Shown here in pieces: positions 1 to 9,799 of a DNA stretch of 64,000 bases. The notes under the pieces were generated by a model, which had not been told where the DNA came from, ran no database searches, and saw only the letters and a program-made list of their open reading frames with translations. Source of the DNA: a virus; IMG/VR virus record IMGVR_UViG_3300032018_000004, positions 16,975 through 80,974 of that record. The stretch is one strand, 5' to 3'. A program made the translations under genes and the position numbers. How positions within the stretch are numbered: the stretch's first letter is position 1; each line of letters starts with the position of its first letter.

Positions 1-566
1 TCATTCGCAAAATTAATACATCTCAAAATCCCATAGATATTAGGAGTTTTGGAAACAACATAGCTAAACGCCCAGTCAACATCGGGGGCTGACTTAATTA
101 CCTCTTTCAATTTCTCTTCATAATTATCCGTGAATGGGCGAAAATCAGCATGGCTAATCCGGCACCAAGTCACCTTATTTAATATTTCTGGTTTTATGTT
201 GTCCAGAGCAAGGCCATTGTCCACAAGACCAACTTCAATACCTGACTGGATAAAATACTCAATAATTTCATTAATATTAGGATGCAGACAAGGGCTTCCG
301 CCACCAGTAATCGTTACTGCTCTTGTTCCCAAATCCTTGCAAATGTCAATAATCTCCATCGCCTTAAACAAAGACATTTCAATTTCTCTGTCTTCGTTAG
401 CGCAACTACAGAATGGGCATTTGAGATTACATTTGTTTGTCGGGATAAATTGGATATGGATTGGGGGAATTTTTTTACTGTCATTGATGGAACTAATTAC
501 CCTTTCGTCACGCAATAACTTCACTGGTAGTGTATCAGCAGCGGTAAAACTTAACTTGTCAGACAT
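1..566 (-). CDS. radical SAM protein (3' end runs off the window)
   Basis: Not in the ORF track. Manual translation from ATG at 566 gives MSDKLSFTAADTLP...IQFIPTNKCNLKCPFCSC...TITGGGSPCLHP...VDNG, containing CxxxCxxC and a GGEP-like motif; GGAG RBS upstream. Confidence 0.85.
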   Translation of the reverse strand, partial: MSDKLSFTAADTLPVKLLRDERVISSINDSKKIPPIHIQFIPTNKCNLKCPFCSCANEDREIEMSLFKAMEIIDICKDLGTRAVTITGGGSPCLHPNINEIIEYFIQSGIEVGLVDNGLALDNIKPEILNKVTWCRISHADFRPFTDNYEEKLKEVIKSAPDVDWAFSYVVSKTPNIYGILRCINFAN

Positions 567-577
567 TTACTCTCCAT

Positions 578-754
578 TTATTTTCTGCACCTTTTAATTG
601 ACTTATTCAAGCGTTCTATCGCAGCATCTAACAATGCGGAATCAATGTTGGGGTTTTGCATTCTGACAAGTTTAGCATAATATAAAACTTCAAGCATAGC
701 ATTAACAGTATCATGACAACAAATATTGCATGGTGCTTCAAATTGTGAATCCAT
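578..754 (-). CDS. small hypothetical protein (58 aa)
   Basis: Manual ORF MDSQFEAPCNICCHD...KRCRK filling the gap between co-oriented genes. Confidence 0.5.
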   Translation of the reverse strand: MDSQFEAPCNICCHDTVNAMLEVLYYAKLVRMQNPNIDSALLDAAIERLNKSIKRCRK

Positions 755-763
755 CAATAATCC

Positions 764-790
764 TTATCGGAATATGATTAGAAAACTTTA
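764..790 (-). promoter_or_regulatory. sigma28/FliA-type promoter
   Basis: Minus strand TAAAGTTT-N11-TCCGATAA. Confidence 0.7.
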
Positions 791-1207
791 AGACTTTTGC
801 AAAATTATCTCATATTCTACTTGATATGTCCATTCCTTTACCACGTTGTCCCAAAATGGACCTAGCACGTTATATCTCTCTACTTTTATATCATTCCATC
901 CGGTTACTGTTATATCACAATTATCAAAATGAGATTTAAGGTATTCAAGAATTGTTCCAGCTTCCGAAGATGAATTTATGATATTAGAGTGAATGTTAAA
1001 AGCAACCTTGACAATTTCAAAGTTCGAAGCGTTTGTTGATTGGGCGTTTAGGTAATAATCTGGTTTGTCATGTATGAAGAAGTAGACAACGTATGGATAT
1101 ACAGCGGCATCTGCTGCTTTAACGAAGTAGAAACGATCAGCAATGGCTGTTTTAAAATTACTTGCAACTTGTGATCTTGAGTAGATTGCTGTAGAAAGCG
1201 CATTCAT
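788..1207 (-). CDS. putative tail completion/terminator protein
   Basis: Size, position after the gp10-like gene, and YPYVVY motif typical of this family. Confidence 0.6.
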   Translation of the reverse strand: MNALSTAIYSRSQVASNFKTAIADRFYFVKAADAAVYPYVVYFFIHDKPDYYLNAQSTNASNFEIVKVAFNIHSNIINSSSEAGTILEYLKSHFDNCDITVTGWNDIKVERYNVLGPFWDNVVKEWTYQVEYEIILQKS

Positions 1208-1665
1208 ATCTTATGTTTCTCGACTAGATTTAAGATTTCATCTTCTGCATCGTAAAGTGCTGGGCGAAGGAATGGGCGCTTATCTGGATTTGTACTTGTC
1301 CCTAATTCATGCCACAACCCTTTAGCTTCTTTGGTCCCTACATGCCCCACAGCCTCTTGCCCACTAGCAGGGGCATCAATCCCCTCAACATCGGATGCTG
1401 GACCCAACCCACCAGTTTTGCCGCTAGAGGTTGCATAGCTTATTGAATCCTTCAATTCTTCTGTGTCTGGGGCGGGAGGGGCAGGAGCTGCTGAAGCTTG
1501 GTGCATTCCACCACCAGGTCGCCTTGACCGATACATTTCACCCGTTCCCGCAACCATAGAATCTTTAGCTTTTTGAGTCACCAGTTCACAAGCATCCTCA
1601 ATGATAGCGTTTTCCGCCATTTGAACGGCACTTAAAACCGCTACATCATTCCAAACCGCTCTCAT
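1204..1665 (-). CDS. HK97 gp10-like neck/tail component
   Basis: HQASAAPAPPAPDTEELKDSI and ELGTS...RPFLRPAL motifs. Confidence 0.75.
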   Translation of the reverse strand: MRAVWNDVAVLSAVQMAENAIIEDACELVTQKAKDSMVAGTGEMYRSRRPGGGMHQASAAPAPPAPDTEELKDSISYATSSGKTGGLGPASDVEGIDAPASGQEAVGHVGTKEAKGLWHELGTSTNPDKRPFLRPALYDAEDEILNLVEKHKI

Positions 1666-2084
1666 TTAAGCAATTTCTCCCCACCCACAACTGCCCCTGC
1701 ACCTAAAGCTGCCGCCGCAATCCCAGGAGCTACTAAAGCTGGAGCCAAGGCAGGAATGAACGGGGCAAGCGCCGTGGTCACAGCAGCCTTTACAGCCCCG
1801 TCAATTGCTTCTTTCAAAGCTCCAGAAGCAATTGCTTGCCCCTCAAAAGCTTTAACCCCCTGTTCGTTTAAATCAACTGTATAGTCATTACCTCTCTTTT
1901 CAATATGAGCCACAAGAGAAGAAATCTCCTTCCCGTTATCTACTACCACCTCGCAACAACTCATTTCTCCAGTCGTATGGTTTGTAACAAATGGTTTAAC
2001 TGAATAATGAGCAGTACCAGCGTTTTGAAGAGAAGCGCACCCACAAAATGTAAAAAGAAAAACAACAACAAGTATTTTCTTCAT
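1662..2084 (-). CDS. putative lipoprotein
   Basis: MKK + hydrophobic stretch + FCGC lipobox; hydrophobic Ala-rich C-terminus. Confidence 0.55.
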   Translation of the reverse strand: MKKILVVVFLFTFCGCASLQNAGTAHYSVKPFVTNHTTGEMSCCEVVVDNGKEISSLVAHIEKRGNDYTVDLNEQGVKAFEGQAIASGALKEAIDGAVKAAVTTALAPFIPALAPALVAPGIAAAALGAGAVVGGEKLLK

Positions 2085-2401
2085 TCTACTTTCCTCAGTG
2101 TTATTTGTAAAAATCTGTTCTTTAAAGCAACATCTTCTGGTTCTGCAATAATTTCATAAAGCTTCGCACCATTTCTGACGCGATCTTTAGTTGTAATATT
2201 CAACCCATCTTTATATTTCATCATCAGAATGTAAGTAGTTGAAACCCTTGTAGAATCACCAATAAATTTCTCCCACCCTTCAACCCTAGTCAATGTTCCC
2301 CTGATATTTTCTACATCAGTCCACACAGTTACAAATCCGCCAGCGCCGTCACTAGCATCCGTTCTTCTCTGAATTTGAAAAATCGCTTTTGGACCTGCCA
2401 T
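2081..2401 (-). CDS. head closure protein (SPP1 gp16-like)
   Basis: IQRRT...DGAGG...W...ITTKDRV...YEI pattern and position. Confidence 0.8.
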   Translation of the reverse strand: MAGPKAIFQIQRRTDASDGAGGFVTVWTDVENIRGTLTRVEGWEKFIGDSTRVSTTYILMMKYKDGLNITTKDRVRNGAKLYEIIAEPEDVALKNRFLQITLRKVE

Positions 2402-3555
2402 TATACTTTAACCTTCCTATATTTAAAGAGAATTCTAATGACTTCTTTAGGAAGTGATTCTTCTTTATCAAATGATGCCCAAATATTGTGGGCGCGATAT
2501 TCTTTCAATCCAAAACTATCATCATCCCTCTTGTTATAAAAAAACTGAGCGAGAATCTTAACTGCAAGTTTCAAATCACTTGGCATATTCACTGAGGTGA
2601 ACCCAGCGGTGTAGTCAATATAAATATTTCCCGCTCCACAAGGCCATCCAGAATATTTTATCAACTGCCCTCTATCTAAATAGGTATCAAAATCAGAAAT
2701 TGGATTATCTGGTTTTTTTAAGTAGCACCAATTATTATCAATTGCACTTAACCCATATGTCTCAATCAATTCTGTGGACTTTACAGCCCCGTAGATGGAC
2801 GAATTAAGTTTTGCTTCCCACCCATTGCCAAGAAGGTTAATCGCAGCCACAATGGCGTTTAAGGTGGTGTTAGAGGTGAACGTGACAGTAGCATCGGCAA
2901 CACCATCAAACACAAGCCTCAACCCCGTAGGAAGAACAGAAACAGAAGCATATGAGTAAGTGTTTGTATTCTTTACACTAATCACATCTATCTCGCCAAT
3001 TGCAACCCTATCTATTGCCGTTACAGGGAAATTATCAATATTGAGAATTGGGCTTCCATTTCCATCATATTTTTCTTTCCTGTATGATGTTTCTTCAAAT
3101 GTCCTTCCACAATATTCTGAAGCAATCTGTTCTGCTGCATCCTTGATAGAAGAAACAACTTGACTAGGGTCTCCGGTTTCAATATCTGAAGTAATTGTCT
3201 GGGTGGCTGTTTTGCTTGCCGTGAATCCAACAGTTAGCCCAGCATCAGAAAGCGCATGATTATAGGCTATCGTTTTCCCAGTTCCGGCGTTTATGGAAAA
3301 TTTCATTGTTCCGGGGCTATACGTCACAGCAAAGATGATTGTCCCTGTTCCAGTTAGAGTGAGATTGGCATTCATTTTTGTTTGAATTTCTGTTGCTAAT
3401 CCAGTGCCATTATAATTCCCATCTGCTAAATTAATATCTACTGGTCCACCAGAAGACGAAGTTACATTTAGCGTGTTATTTGACGGAGTTATGATGAAAT
3501 ATGATGTCTCTATTCCCAAAAATTCAAGAACTTCATCAAGAGTGGTGATTGCCAT
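2401..3555 (-). CDS. head-tail connector (gp6/gp15-like) with large insertions
   Basis: ITTLDEVLEFLG N-terminus, AAEQIASEYCGRTF, YTAGF...PSDLKLAV, LPKEVIRILFKYR C-terminus. Confidence 0.7.
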   Translation of the reverse strand: MAITTLDEVLEFLGIETSYFIITPSNNTLNVTSSSGGPVDINLADGNYNGTGLATEIQTKMNANLTLTGTGTIIFAVTYSPGTMKFSINAGTGKTIAYNHALSDAGLTVGFTASKTATQTITSDIETGDPSQVVSSIKDAAEQIASEYCGRTFEETSYRKEKYDGNGSPILNIDNFPVTAIDRVAIGEIDVISVKNTNTYSYASVSVLPTGLRLVFDGVADATVTFTSNTTLNAIVAAINLLGNGWEAKLNSSIYGAVKSTELIETYGLSAIDNNWCYLKKPDNPISDFDTYLDRGQLIKYSGWPCGAGNIYIDYTAGFTSVNMPSDLKLAVKILAQFFYNKRDDDSFGLKEYRAHNIWASFDKEESLPKEVIRILFKYRKVKV

Positions 3556-3562
3556 TTCCTAA

Positions 3563-3931
3563 TTACCTCAAGTAGATGATTGTTTTGCCACCCTTGTTGA
3601 TGCCAGCGTTGGTTACAGACAAAGACAAGGTGCTGTTCACGACAGCCCCTACGCCATGAGTATAGTCTTTGATAGTCGGAACTGCGTTTGAAAGATTAGC
3701 CCCAAGCCCATGGAGAACATCAACTCCGTCACTATCATTCACCACAACATCATAAAGAGTTGTTGGCTGTGTACCACCACCATCTGGAAGCTGAATTACC
3801 CTCTGAACCATTCCAGTAAACGGGCTGGTTGTGGTTGATGTAGCATTACCTGATCCATCTGAAAGCCAAGTAAATGCAACTTTTTTAACAGAAAAAACAG
3901 TTAGTTCTGATTTTGTCACTGTGCCAGCCAT
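3563..3931 (-). CDS. hypothetical virion protein
   Basis: Thr/Gly/Val-rich ORF with GGAG RBS inside the structural operon. Confidence 0.6.
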   Translation of the reverse strand: MAGTVTKSELTVFSVKKVAFTWLSDGSGNATSTTTSPFTGMVQRVIQLPDGGGTQPTTLYDVVVNDSDGVDVLHGLGANLSNAVPTIKDYTHGVGAVVNSTLSLSVTNAGINKGGKTIIYLR

Positions 3932-3997
3932 ATATTTATCTCCTAATTTAATTTAACAAGCTATATAATTATATTTGGTTATGTTACCTAAATCCAT

Positions 3998-4801
3998 CTA
4001 ATTCTGTATTACCAATAAATGAAAAGCTATATCACACCTTGGGCTTCCGGTGATTACCGATGGAATAACCGAAGCCTTAATGAGGCTACCACCTGGACAT
4101 TTCTGAGAATGTATTTTTTTTTCACTGCTAGTATTTAGAGCAAGGTATATAATCGAATTAAAATGGTAAACTGAGCTGACAGTATGATCATCTGCAAATA
4201 CGGTTGCTCTTAGCCGTATATCCATATCTTGATTGATTGCCGATCCCCACCACCCAGTTAAATATGCAGAGTAGCCAGTTGGCACTTTGTATCTCCCAGA
4301 TAATGACCTATTTCCACCTGCTCGTATAAACTCAACCGTAGTTGCTTCTATAGCAACGCCATTCGTTGATGATATGGTTATGGCCCCTGCGCTAGTCTCT
4401 GCATTTCCAGTAAGACTCGCAACCTCCATCCACTGAATGAAGCTATAGCCTGCCCCGATGTTTACAGGCGTTGTGCCTGTTAAAGTTTTAGTTACTACTT
4501 GTTGATTGCCACTCACATCCAAGTACACAATTCGTACTGTTACAGCCCCGGCACCACCAGCCGCATCACTCGCTGATGTACTGACCAGATAATAAGTTGT
4601 GCCAGATAAGGGAGTATTCAACAGACTTTGCCCACCCACTAAATAATTACATATATCTTGAAACGTAGTGGCCGAATTAAAAGTAGTACGTCTCCCCAAA
4701 ATGGAAACCACATTGGCTATTTTCCCATTAAAATACCCTGTGTGTGAAATCTGAAAATCTTCACTGGCGATATCATTTCTTTCATTAAAAATGGTTGTCA
4801 T
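3998..4801 (-). CDS. hypothetical virion protein
   Basis: 267-aa beta-rich ORF in the structural operon. Confidence 0.6.
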   Translation of the reverse strand: MTTIFNERNDIASEDFQISHTGYFNGKIANVVSILGRRTTFNSATTFQDICNYLVGGQSLLNTPLSGTTYYLVSTSASDAAGGAGAVTVRIVYLDVSGNQQVVTKTLTGTTPVNIGAGYSFIQWMEVASLTGNAETSAGAITISSTNGVAIEATTVEFIRAGGNRSLSGRYKVPTGYSAYLTGWWGSAINQDMDIRLRATVFADDHTVSSVYHFNSIIYLALNTSSEKKIHSQKCPGGSLIKASVIPSVITGSPRCDIAFHLLVIQN

Positions 4802-5095
4802 TTACTGACTCAACCTTACAGTTGCAACGCCGCTAACAAATTCTCCCAACTTAGTGCCAATGCGATAGAAAACACCAGCTTCTGGCTCAAATCCATATTC
4901 TTGGGCATTGCTAACAAAAGTCTTGACATCAAACCAAGTGTCTCCAGAGTCGAAACTTCTTTGAACTGTCAAAGTGGCACTCCATGTTCCAGAAATAGAT
5001 ACATTAAAATGACCAGTCAATTCAACGCTATCGGTAAATAAATTATCAGAGTTGATGACTCTATCTATTTTCTTTTTTGGTCTATTCAGAGCCAT
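4802..5095 (-). CDS. hypothetical virion protein
   Basis: ISGTWSATLTVQRSFDSGDTWFDV motif; abuts the next gene. Confidence 0.6.
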   Translation of the reverse strand: MALNRPKKKIDRVINSDNLFTDSVELTGHFNVSISGTWSATLTVQRSFDSGDTWFDVKTFVSNAQEYGFEPEAGVFYRIGTKLGEFVSGVATVRLSQ

Positions 5096-5263
5096 GTTTA
5101 CCCTCTTGGATTATTGGCTGAAAAACGTCGTTCAAAACCTTACCGCTTAAATCAAAATAAACTTTCCTCCGACCTCTTTGAAAAAAAGACAAAAGAAAGT
5201 TTACAATTTTATCAATCATATTTTTCATATTATTCTATTCAACTATTATTTTTATATCCCTAT

Positions 5264-5293
5264 AAAGAAAAACAGGGAGGGTTTCCCCTCCCC
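5264..5293 (-). terminator. intrinsic terminator
   Basis: Minus strand GGGAGGG-GAAA-CCCTCCC followed by TGTTTTTCTTT. Confidence 0.75.
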
Positions 5294-5308
5294 ATCAAAT
5301 TCTAAAAA

Positions 5309-5746
5309 CTAAGCTTGTCTAGCCCAAATACCAACCATTTCCTGAATAATCCAACCATCAACGCCATCCGCAACAATCTTGATCATATCACCAAGTTTTG
5401 CAGTTGCCTTAGTATTGATAATTGCTTTATTATCAGCAGCGGTAATACCACAACCCTGGAACTTATCAATAGCAGCAGGAGCAACAGTCACTGCAACGGT
5501 ACCGTTTGCGCCAGCGTTTACAAAAGTATACGAAAGGCCAGCAGCGGTAGAGGGAAGAGTGATAGTCTTAGCATCAGTATCGATATATGTCCGATAGCCA
5601 CAATCGACAGCGGCTACGGTAGTGTCTGCACTGAGAGTCTGAACTTTTACAGCATCACTATCTTTTGAAACAGGTTTACCAGTTGCAACTACCTTGGTTA
5701 CAAGTTCACCAGCATTCCAAACACTTTTAACTTTAGTTACAGGCAT
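5309..5746 (-). CDS. putative capsid-associated/decoration protein
   Basis: TITLPSTAAGLSYTF...DGVDGW motif; GGAGG RBS; downstream of the major capsid gene. Confidence 0.55.
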   Translation of the reverse strand: MPVTKVKSVWNAGELVTKVVATGKPVSKDSDAVKVQTLSADTTVAAVDCGYRTYIDTDAKTITLPSTAAGLSYTFVNAGANGTVAVTVAPAAIDKFQGCGITAADNKAIINTKATAKLGDMIKIVADGVDGWIIQEMVGIWARQA

Positions 5747-5794
5747 AATTTATCCTCCATGCGGATTTAACCGCTTATAGGGAGATGGTTCCCC

Positions 5795-6067
5795 CTATTT
5801 AATTTTCTTCGGCCTTCTAGCTTTCTTAACAGCTTTCGCTGATTTGTCAACTGGTGCTGCCGAAATCATTTTGTTATTAGGCGGTTCATCAATTGATTTT
5901 GTTTTAACCTCTTCTCTGAATCCCACAAAGTCTCCCACGAATTCAACGGTCCCTCTTCCTTTCAGTTCGTTTGCTTTCACTTCAATTATAGAAAGAAGAG
6001 AACCTTCTGGATTGCCCATCCATTCAGATAGAAATTTAACTTTTACAAATTTATTCTGCCTAATCAT
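5795..6067 (-). CDS. hypothetical protein downstream of capsid
   Basis: VKVKFL...PPNNKMI with basic tail, typical of small post-capsid genes. Confidence 0.6.
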   Translation of the reverse strand: MIRQNKFVKVKFLSEWMGNPEGSLLSIIEVKANELKGRGTVEFVGDFVGFREEVKTKSIDEPPNNKMISAAPVDKSAKAVKKARRPKKIK

Positions 6068-6086
6068 ATTTTACCTTTTAAATTTT

Positions 6087-6116
6087 TAAAACTAGGGCTA
6101 CTCAGACGGTAGCCCC
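6087..6116 (-). terminator. hairpin, probable terminator
   Basis: Minus strand GGGCTAC-CGTCTGA-GTAGCCC then TAGTTTT. Confidence 0.55.
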
Positions 6117-6146
6117 ATCTCCTTCAAGTCTTGCTTGATGAGTTAA

Positions 6147-6632
6147 TTAAACAATTGCAGTTGGGGAAACTTCCTGAACAACACGGCCCTTGGAAAGCAG
6201 ACAGGTGATCGATCCACTAACCGGACTATTTACAACTTCAGTTGCTTTTACCCGAACATATTTATTAGTACCGCTAAGAGAAGCAGAATTCACTTCTACG
6301 GCGTATACCTGATCAGTCCCGGCAGTGGTGGTAAAGCCAGACGCGGTTGCAGTCTGCATATCACCCCAAGTGTCACCAGTAGTGCATACCCAATAAACAA
6401 AGGGAATTGCAGTTGCAGTGCCAGGAACAACGGTATCGCAAGACTCTACGGTAATGGTAGCGGTGCCAGTTGCACCAGCGGCCTTCTGAATGATAAAAGT
6501 TGCGTTCTCATACTTACCAAGATTGATAATGTCCGTTGCTGGAGTACCATTGAACAAGTCGTCATAAGCAGCCGCACTTGCAGCAGGAAGTGCATTTACC
6601 ACATGAACATTCTGAAAAAATCTTCCACCCAT
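6147..6632 (-). CDS. putative capsid decoration/cement protein
   Basis: Immediately after the major capsid gene; ITVESCD...KYVRV pattern; GGAGG RBS. Confidence 0.6.
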   Translation of the reverse strand: MGGRFFQNVHVVNALPAASAAAYDDLFNGTPATDIINLGKYENATFIIQKAAGATGTATITVESCDTVVPGTATAIPFVYWVCTTGDTWGDMQTATASGFTTTAGTDQVYAVEVNSASLSGTNKYVRVKATEVVNSPVSGSITCLLSKGRVVQEVSPTAIV

Positions 6633-6690
6633 AATTTATTCCTCCATATATTTTATAAAATTCTTTTTATTATTTACCCCAAATCAAACA

Positions 6691-6742
6691 GTGCGGAAAT
6701 CAGCCGGGAGAGTTGCTGACTTATCGGTTCCCCTATCCGCAC
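6691..6742 (-). ncRNA. structured RNA motif, copy 1 (three-way junction)
   Basis: GTGCGGATAGG-GGAA-CCGATAAGTCAGC-loop-GCTGATTTCCGCAC; a paralogous copy lies at 12370-12416. Confidence 0.55.
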
Positions 6743-6753
6743 CTAACTAAAAA

Positions 6754-8001
6754 CTATCGTGTTGCCAACGCCACAAACGGAGAAAGCGTATCGCTGGTAG
6801 CTTCAGGAGGTACCAATGCCTGTGGCATCCAACTTTGACCCGCAACATAAAATGCAAATCTAAATGCTTGCTGGTCATTTTCAAATTTAATATGCATAGA
6901 GGTATCAAAACGCATACCTTCACTACCAGCGAGCATACCAAGCAAATACTGCTTCATGTTGACAAGCATGATGTCGCCAACAGTACCAAGAGACTTAGCA
7001 TGATGGCTGAACACAATTGGCAATCCAAACAAGGTCGCGAAAGGAACGCCAGCCGCGCCATTTGCAGGCATAAAGACAGGAACTCCGCCTGTGCCGACAG
7101 CGAGGCTCATCGATGCAAGCTGGGGAAGGGTATTCGGATTGACAACCCAAACAGCATTAGAAGGGTCAAGACAACGAGAATACATCTTGATTACATTTTC
7201 CCAAAGAATGGTAGTTGAAGCTTGACCAGTTTCAGCAGTTACGGAAACTAGAGCAGGAGCATTGAGTACACCCTGAGGCTGACCTGCCCCAGTGCCCTTT
7301 AGAATTACCCGATTCATTTCATAGTTGAAGCCATCAACAAAACCCTCACGAAGAATGTTCTCCATAGACATCGGAGAAAACCGGAGAATTTCATCAGAAG
7401 CGTAGGCAAGGCCAGTTACTTTATGAAGGGTAAGGTTGATATAGCCAAGCTTGACACTCTTGGGAGTAAGAGCTTCTTCCTCGTCAGTCCAATTCCAAGC
7501 TACATTGCCATAAACCAAATTCCCGGATTTGTCGAAGCCATTGACATAGGGGATTTTAACAACATTGCTCTGCATGGGAATCTGAGTACAACGAGCCATC
7601 AGTTCATTCTTCTCACGGGAAGCAACAAGCAATTCCTGACGAAATTCTTCAGGAACTACATAGCCGCCAGATTCACCATCAGAAACATTCTGAGACGGGG
7701 TGCCAGCAGCCTTGGTACAAACAGACTCCCAATCGCCCAACTCTTTAGAAACCTTGCGAAAGCCACTTTGTGCAGCCTTTGCAACATCAAGGGCAAAGTG
7801 AGAGAAAGACTTGAATCCAGCCTTCTTATCCACCAATTTCTCGCCAACAACAATCCGCTTCTCTACTTCACCTACAGCTTCCTTAATCTTTGCATCAATC
7901 TCAGCAGCCATAGCCTCACGATCTTCAGCCATCACGCCCTTAACCGCCTCAACAGTGGTGTCCTTTACAAGGGCTTCAAATTCACTTTTTTCCATTGACA
8001 T
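6754..8001 (-). CDS. major capsid protein (HK97 fold)
   Basis: GGYVVPEEF, SDEILRFS, ILKGTGAGQPQGVL, TLFGLPI, SPFVALATR. Confidence 0.95.
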   Translation of the reverse strand: MSMEKSEFEALVKDTTVEAVKGVMAEDREAMAAEIDAKIKEAVGEVEKRIVVGEKLVDKKAGFKSFSHFALDVAKAAQSGFRKVSKELGDWESVCTKAAGTPSQNVSDGESGGYVVPEEFRQELLVASREKNELMARCTQIPMQSNVVKIPYVNGFDKSGNLVYGNVAWNWTDEEEALTPKSVKLGYINLTLHKVTGLAYASDEILRFSPMSMENILREGFVDGFNYEMNRVILKGTGAGQPQGVLNAPALVSVTAETGQASTTILWENVIKMYSRCLDPSNAVWVVNPNTLPQLASMSLAVGTGGVPVFMPANGAAGVPFATLFGLPIVFSHHAKSLGTVGDIMLVNMKQYLLGMLAGSEGMRFDTSMHIKFENDQQAFRFAFYVAGQSWMPQALVPPEATSDTLSPFVALATR

Positions 8002-8152
8002 ATTTTATTCCTCCAGATTTTTTGTTTTTATTTCAATCACTTACGGCCTAATATCTCTTAAATATCTCTAGCCAGATTGAATTTTTTATTGACATCCCCG
8101 CATATTTTATGTAATGTTAAATTGGGGATATATGCCTTTTGTTTTATTTATA

Positions 8153-9559
8153 TTAAAAAATGATGCCTTTTGCCTTTTTGATTCTTTCTTCTACGAGATC
8201 ACTAATTGATTGAGTTTTAGATTTTGCAGAGAGAACTGATTCGATTACCATCTTTTTAACATCTTCTGGTGTAAAATCCAGATCAATCGTTTGTTTTTTA
8301 ATTTCAAAATCAATTACATCTTTTTCTTTCACTTTCTCTGTATATACCTTATCGGCATTTTCTTCAGGAAACTTTAATGTTTTTTCAATCTTTTCGTCAA
8401 CATACGCACGAATTGATTTAATTTCTTCAAGAATTTCTTGGAATTTATCGATATCACTTTTGGTGGCAGTTTCTGTTTCTTTAGAATCGATTATCTTTTC
8501 TTCTGTATTATCTTCCTGATTATCAATAACCATGGTTTCTTTTGTTTCTTCCTGAACGTCCAATGATTTCTTCGTTGGCTTGTCGCAACCTTCATATTGG
8601 GGGCAATTTTCTCCATCACAACTACCGTCTTCCCCATCACAAGGCATAGCATCCTTTTCAGATTTTTCTTCCGCTGCATCTTCTACAACTTCAGTCATTT
8701 CTGTTTTTTCTTCGGTTGATTCTGTCTTTTCTTCGGATGATTCGTCAGAAAAGCTTCCCCAATCTTTCTCCATTGCTTTCCGCAATTTACTCTCTTCGTC
8801 TTTAAGGGCGAGAGAAATTTTTTCTTCCATGGCATCTCTCATCTTGGACATATTGCCTTCGCATTTTTGGGAAACGCTGAGGCTCCCATCCTCATTTTTG
8901 ACCAATGGCATATAGCCCTCGATATCAATATGACCAATTACTTTTGCTTTTTCTTCGGTGGGTTCGGAAGTAAGCTCGATGTATTCTTTTGAGTCTTTTA
9001 GTTTTTCAACCATTGATTTTACTTCAGCAGATTTGATTTCCCCCCTCTCTAGGGAGGCGACCATTGATTTAGCCCCGTTAATGATGGTCGCGGAGGGATT
9101 CGCTGGTATTGTTACACATGATAATTCGAGAAGTTCACACTCTTCATATACAGTACAAGGGACTTTCCCATTTTTATCAACATATTTCTGGCTCTTTTCA
9201 TTGTCATATATTCTAACTGGTCGAAATCCAACTGAAAAACTTGACATGAAACCATTTTTGTAAAGAGAATAAATCTCATTTCCCGCTTCCGTATCTGCGA
9301 ACTTGATTTTGAATTTCAAACCATTAGAGTCAGTCTTTTGCCAAATAGATTTCGCAACTGGGAGTGACCAGTAATCATGATTTACCAAAATTACTGGATT
9401 CATTCTATAATTCTTCAATCCTTCTTCCGTCCAAGCAGAAGCAAGAATCATTTCATTATGCCTATCGACCTCATTGGTAGATGCATAGCAAACAATTGAG
9501 TTTTCATCGTCCAACATTTCGCTTTTTTGTGCATACGCGAACATTTTATTTTCAGCCAT
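8153..9559 (-). CDS. HK97-family prohead protease with acidic scaffold-like extension
   Basis: NPVILVNHD, SFSVGF, LLELSCVTIPANP. Confidence 0.92.
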   Translation of the reverse strand: MAENKMFAYAQKSEMLDDENSIVCYASTNEVDRHNEMILASAWTEEGLKNYRMNPVILVNHDYWSLPVAKSIWQKTDSNGLKFKIKFADTEAGNEIYSLYKNGFMSSFSVGFRPVRIYDNEKSQKYVDKNGKVPCTVYEECELLELSCVTIPANPSATIINGAKSMVASLERGEIKSAEVKSMVEKLKDSKEYIELTSEPTEEKAKVIGHIDIEGYMPLVKNEDGSLSVSQKCEGNMSKMRDAMEEKISLALKDEESKLRKAMEKDWGSFSDESSEEKTESTEEKTEMTEVVEDAAEEKSEKDAMPCDGEDGSCDGENCPQYEGCDKPTKKSLDVQEETKETMVIDNQEDNTEEKIIDSKETETATKSDIDKFQEILEEIKSIRAYVDEKIEKTLKFPEENADKVYTEKVKEKDVIDFEIKKQTIDLDFTPEDVKKMVIESVLSAKSKTQSISDLVEERIKKAKGIIF

Positions 9560-9580
9560 CTAAATTCCTCCTATCTTACA

Positions 9581-9799
9581 TTAAAATAATTGCATTGAAT
9601 CAAATATGTAGTTTGATCTAATTTGTTTTATTACATTTCCTTGTTCAATGCCACAGCAATATTCTTCTCCGTTTTGACATACAGATTTTATTTGTTTGTC
9701 TTTATAAATAGGGCAAAAATCATGATTTACAGGCTCAAATTGCCCATGTGTGTTCATCTTTATTCTTACTAGGTGGTAAATTTGGGTTTTATTTGCCAT
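9581..9799 (-). CDS. hypothetical protein
   Basis: Coupled ORF within the operon. Confidence 0.5.
   Translation of the reverse strand: MANKTQIYHLVRIKMNTHGQFEPVNHDFCPIYKDKQIKSVCQNGEEYCCGIEQGNVIKQIRSNYIFDSMQLF

Noticed and set aside
130-597. 155-aa plus-strand ORF in the track
   Set aside because: It is the antisense shadow of the minus-strand radical SAM gene, which has clear motifs.
6835-8071. Several plus-strand ORFs over the capsid gene
   Set aside because: They are antisense shadows of a well-supported gene with biased codon usage.
8033-8073. CAATCACTTA and TTAAATATCT..CTAGCC elements also seen at 18129-18161
   Set aside because: Short, AT-rich and in different order; they cannot be distinguished from chance by eye.
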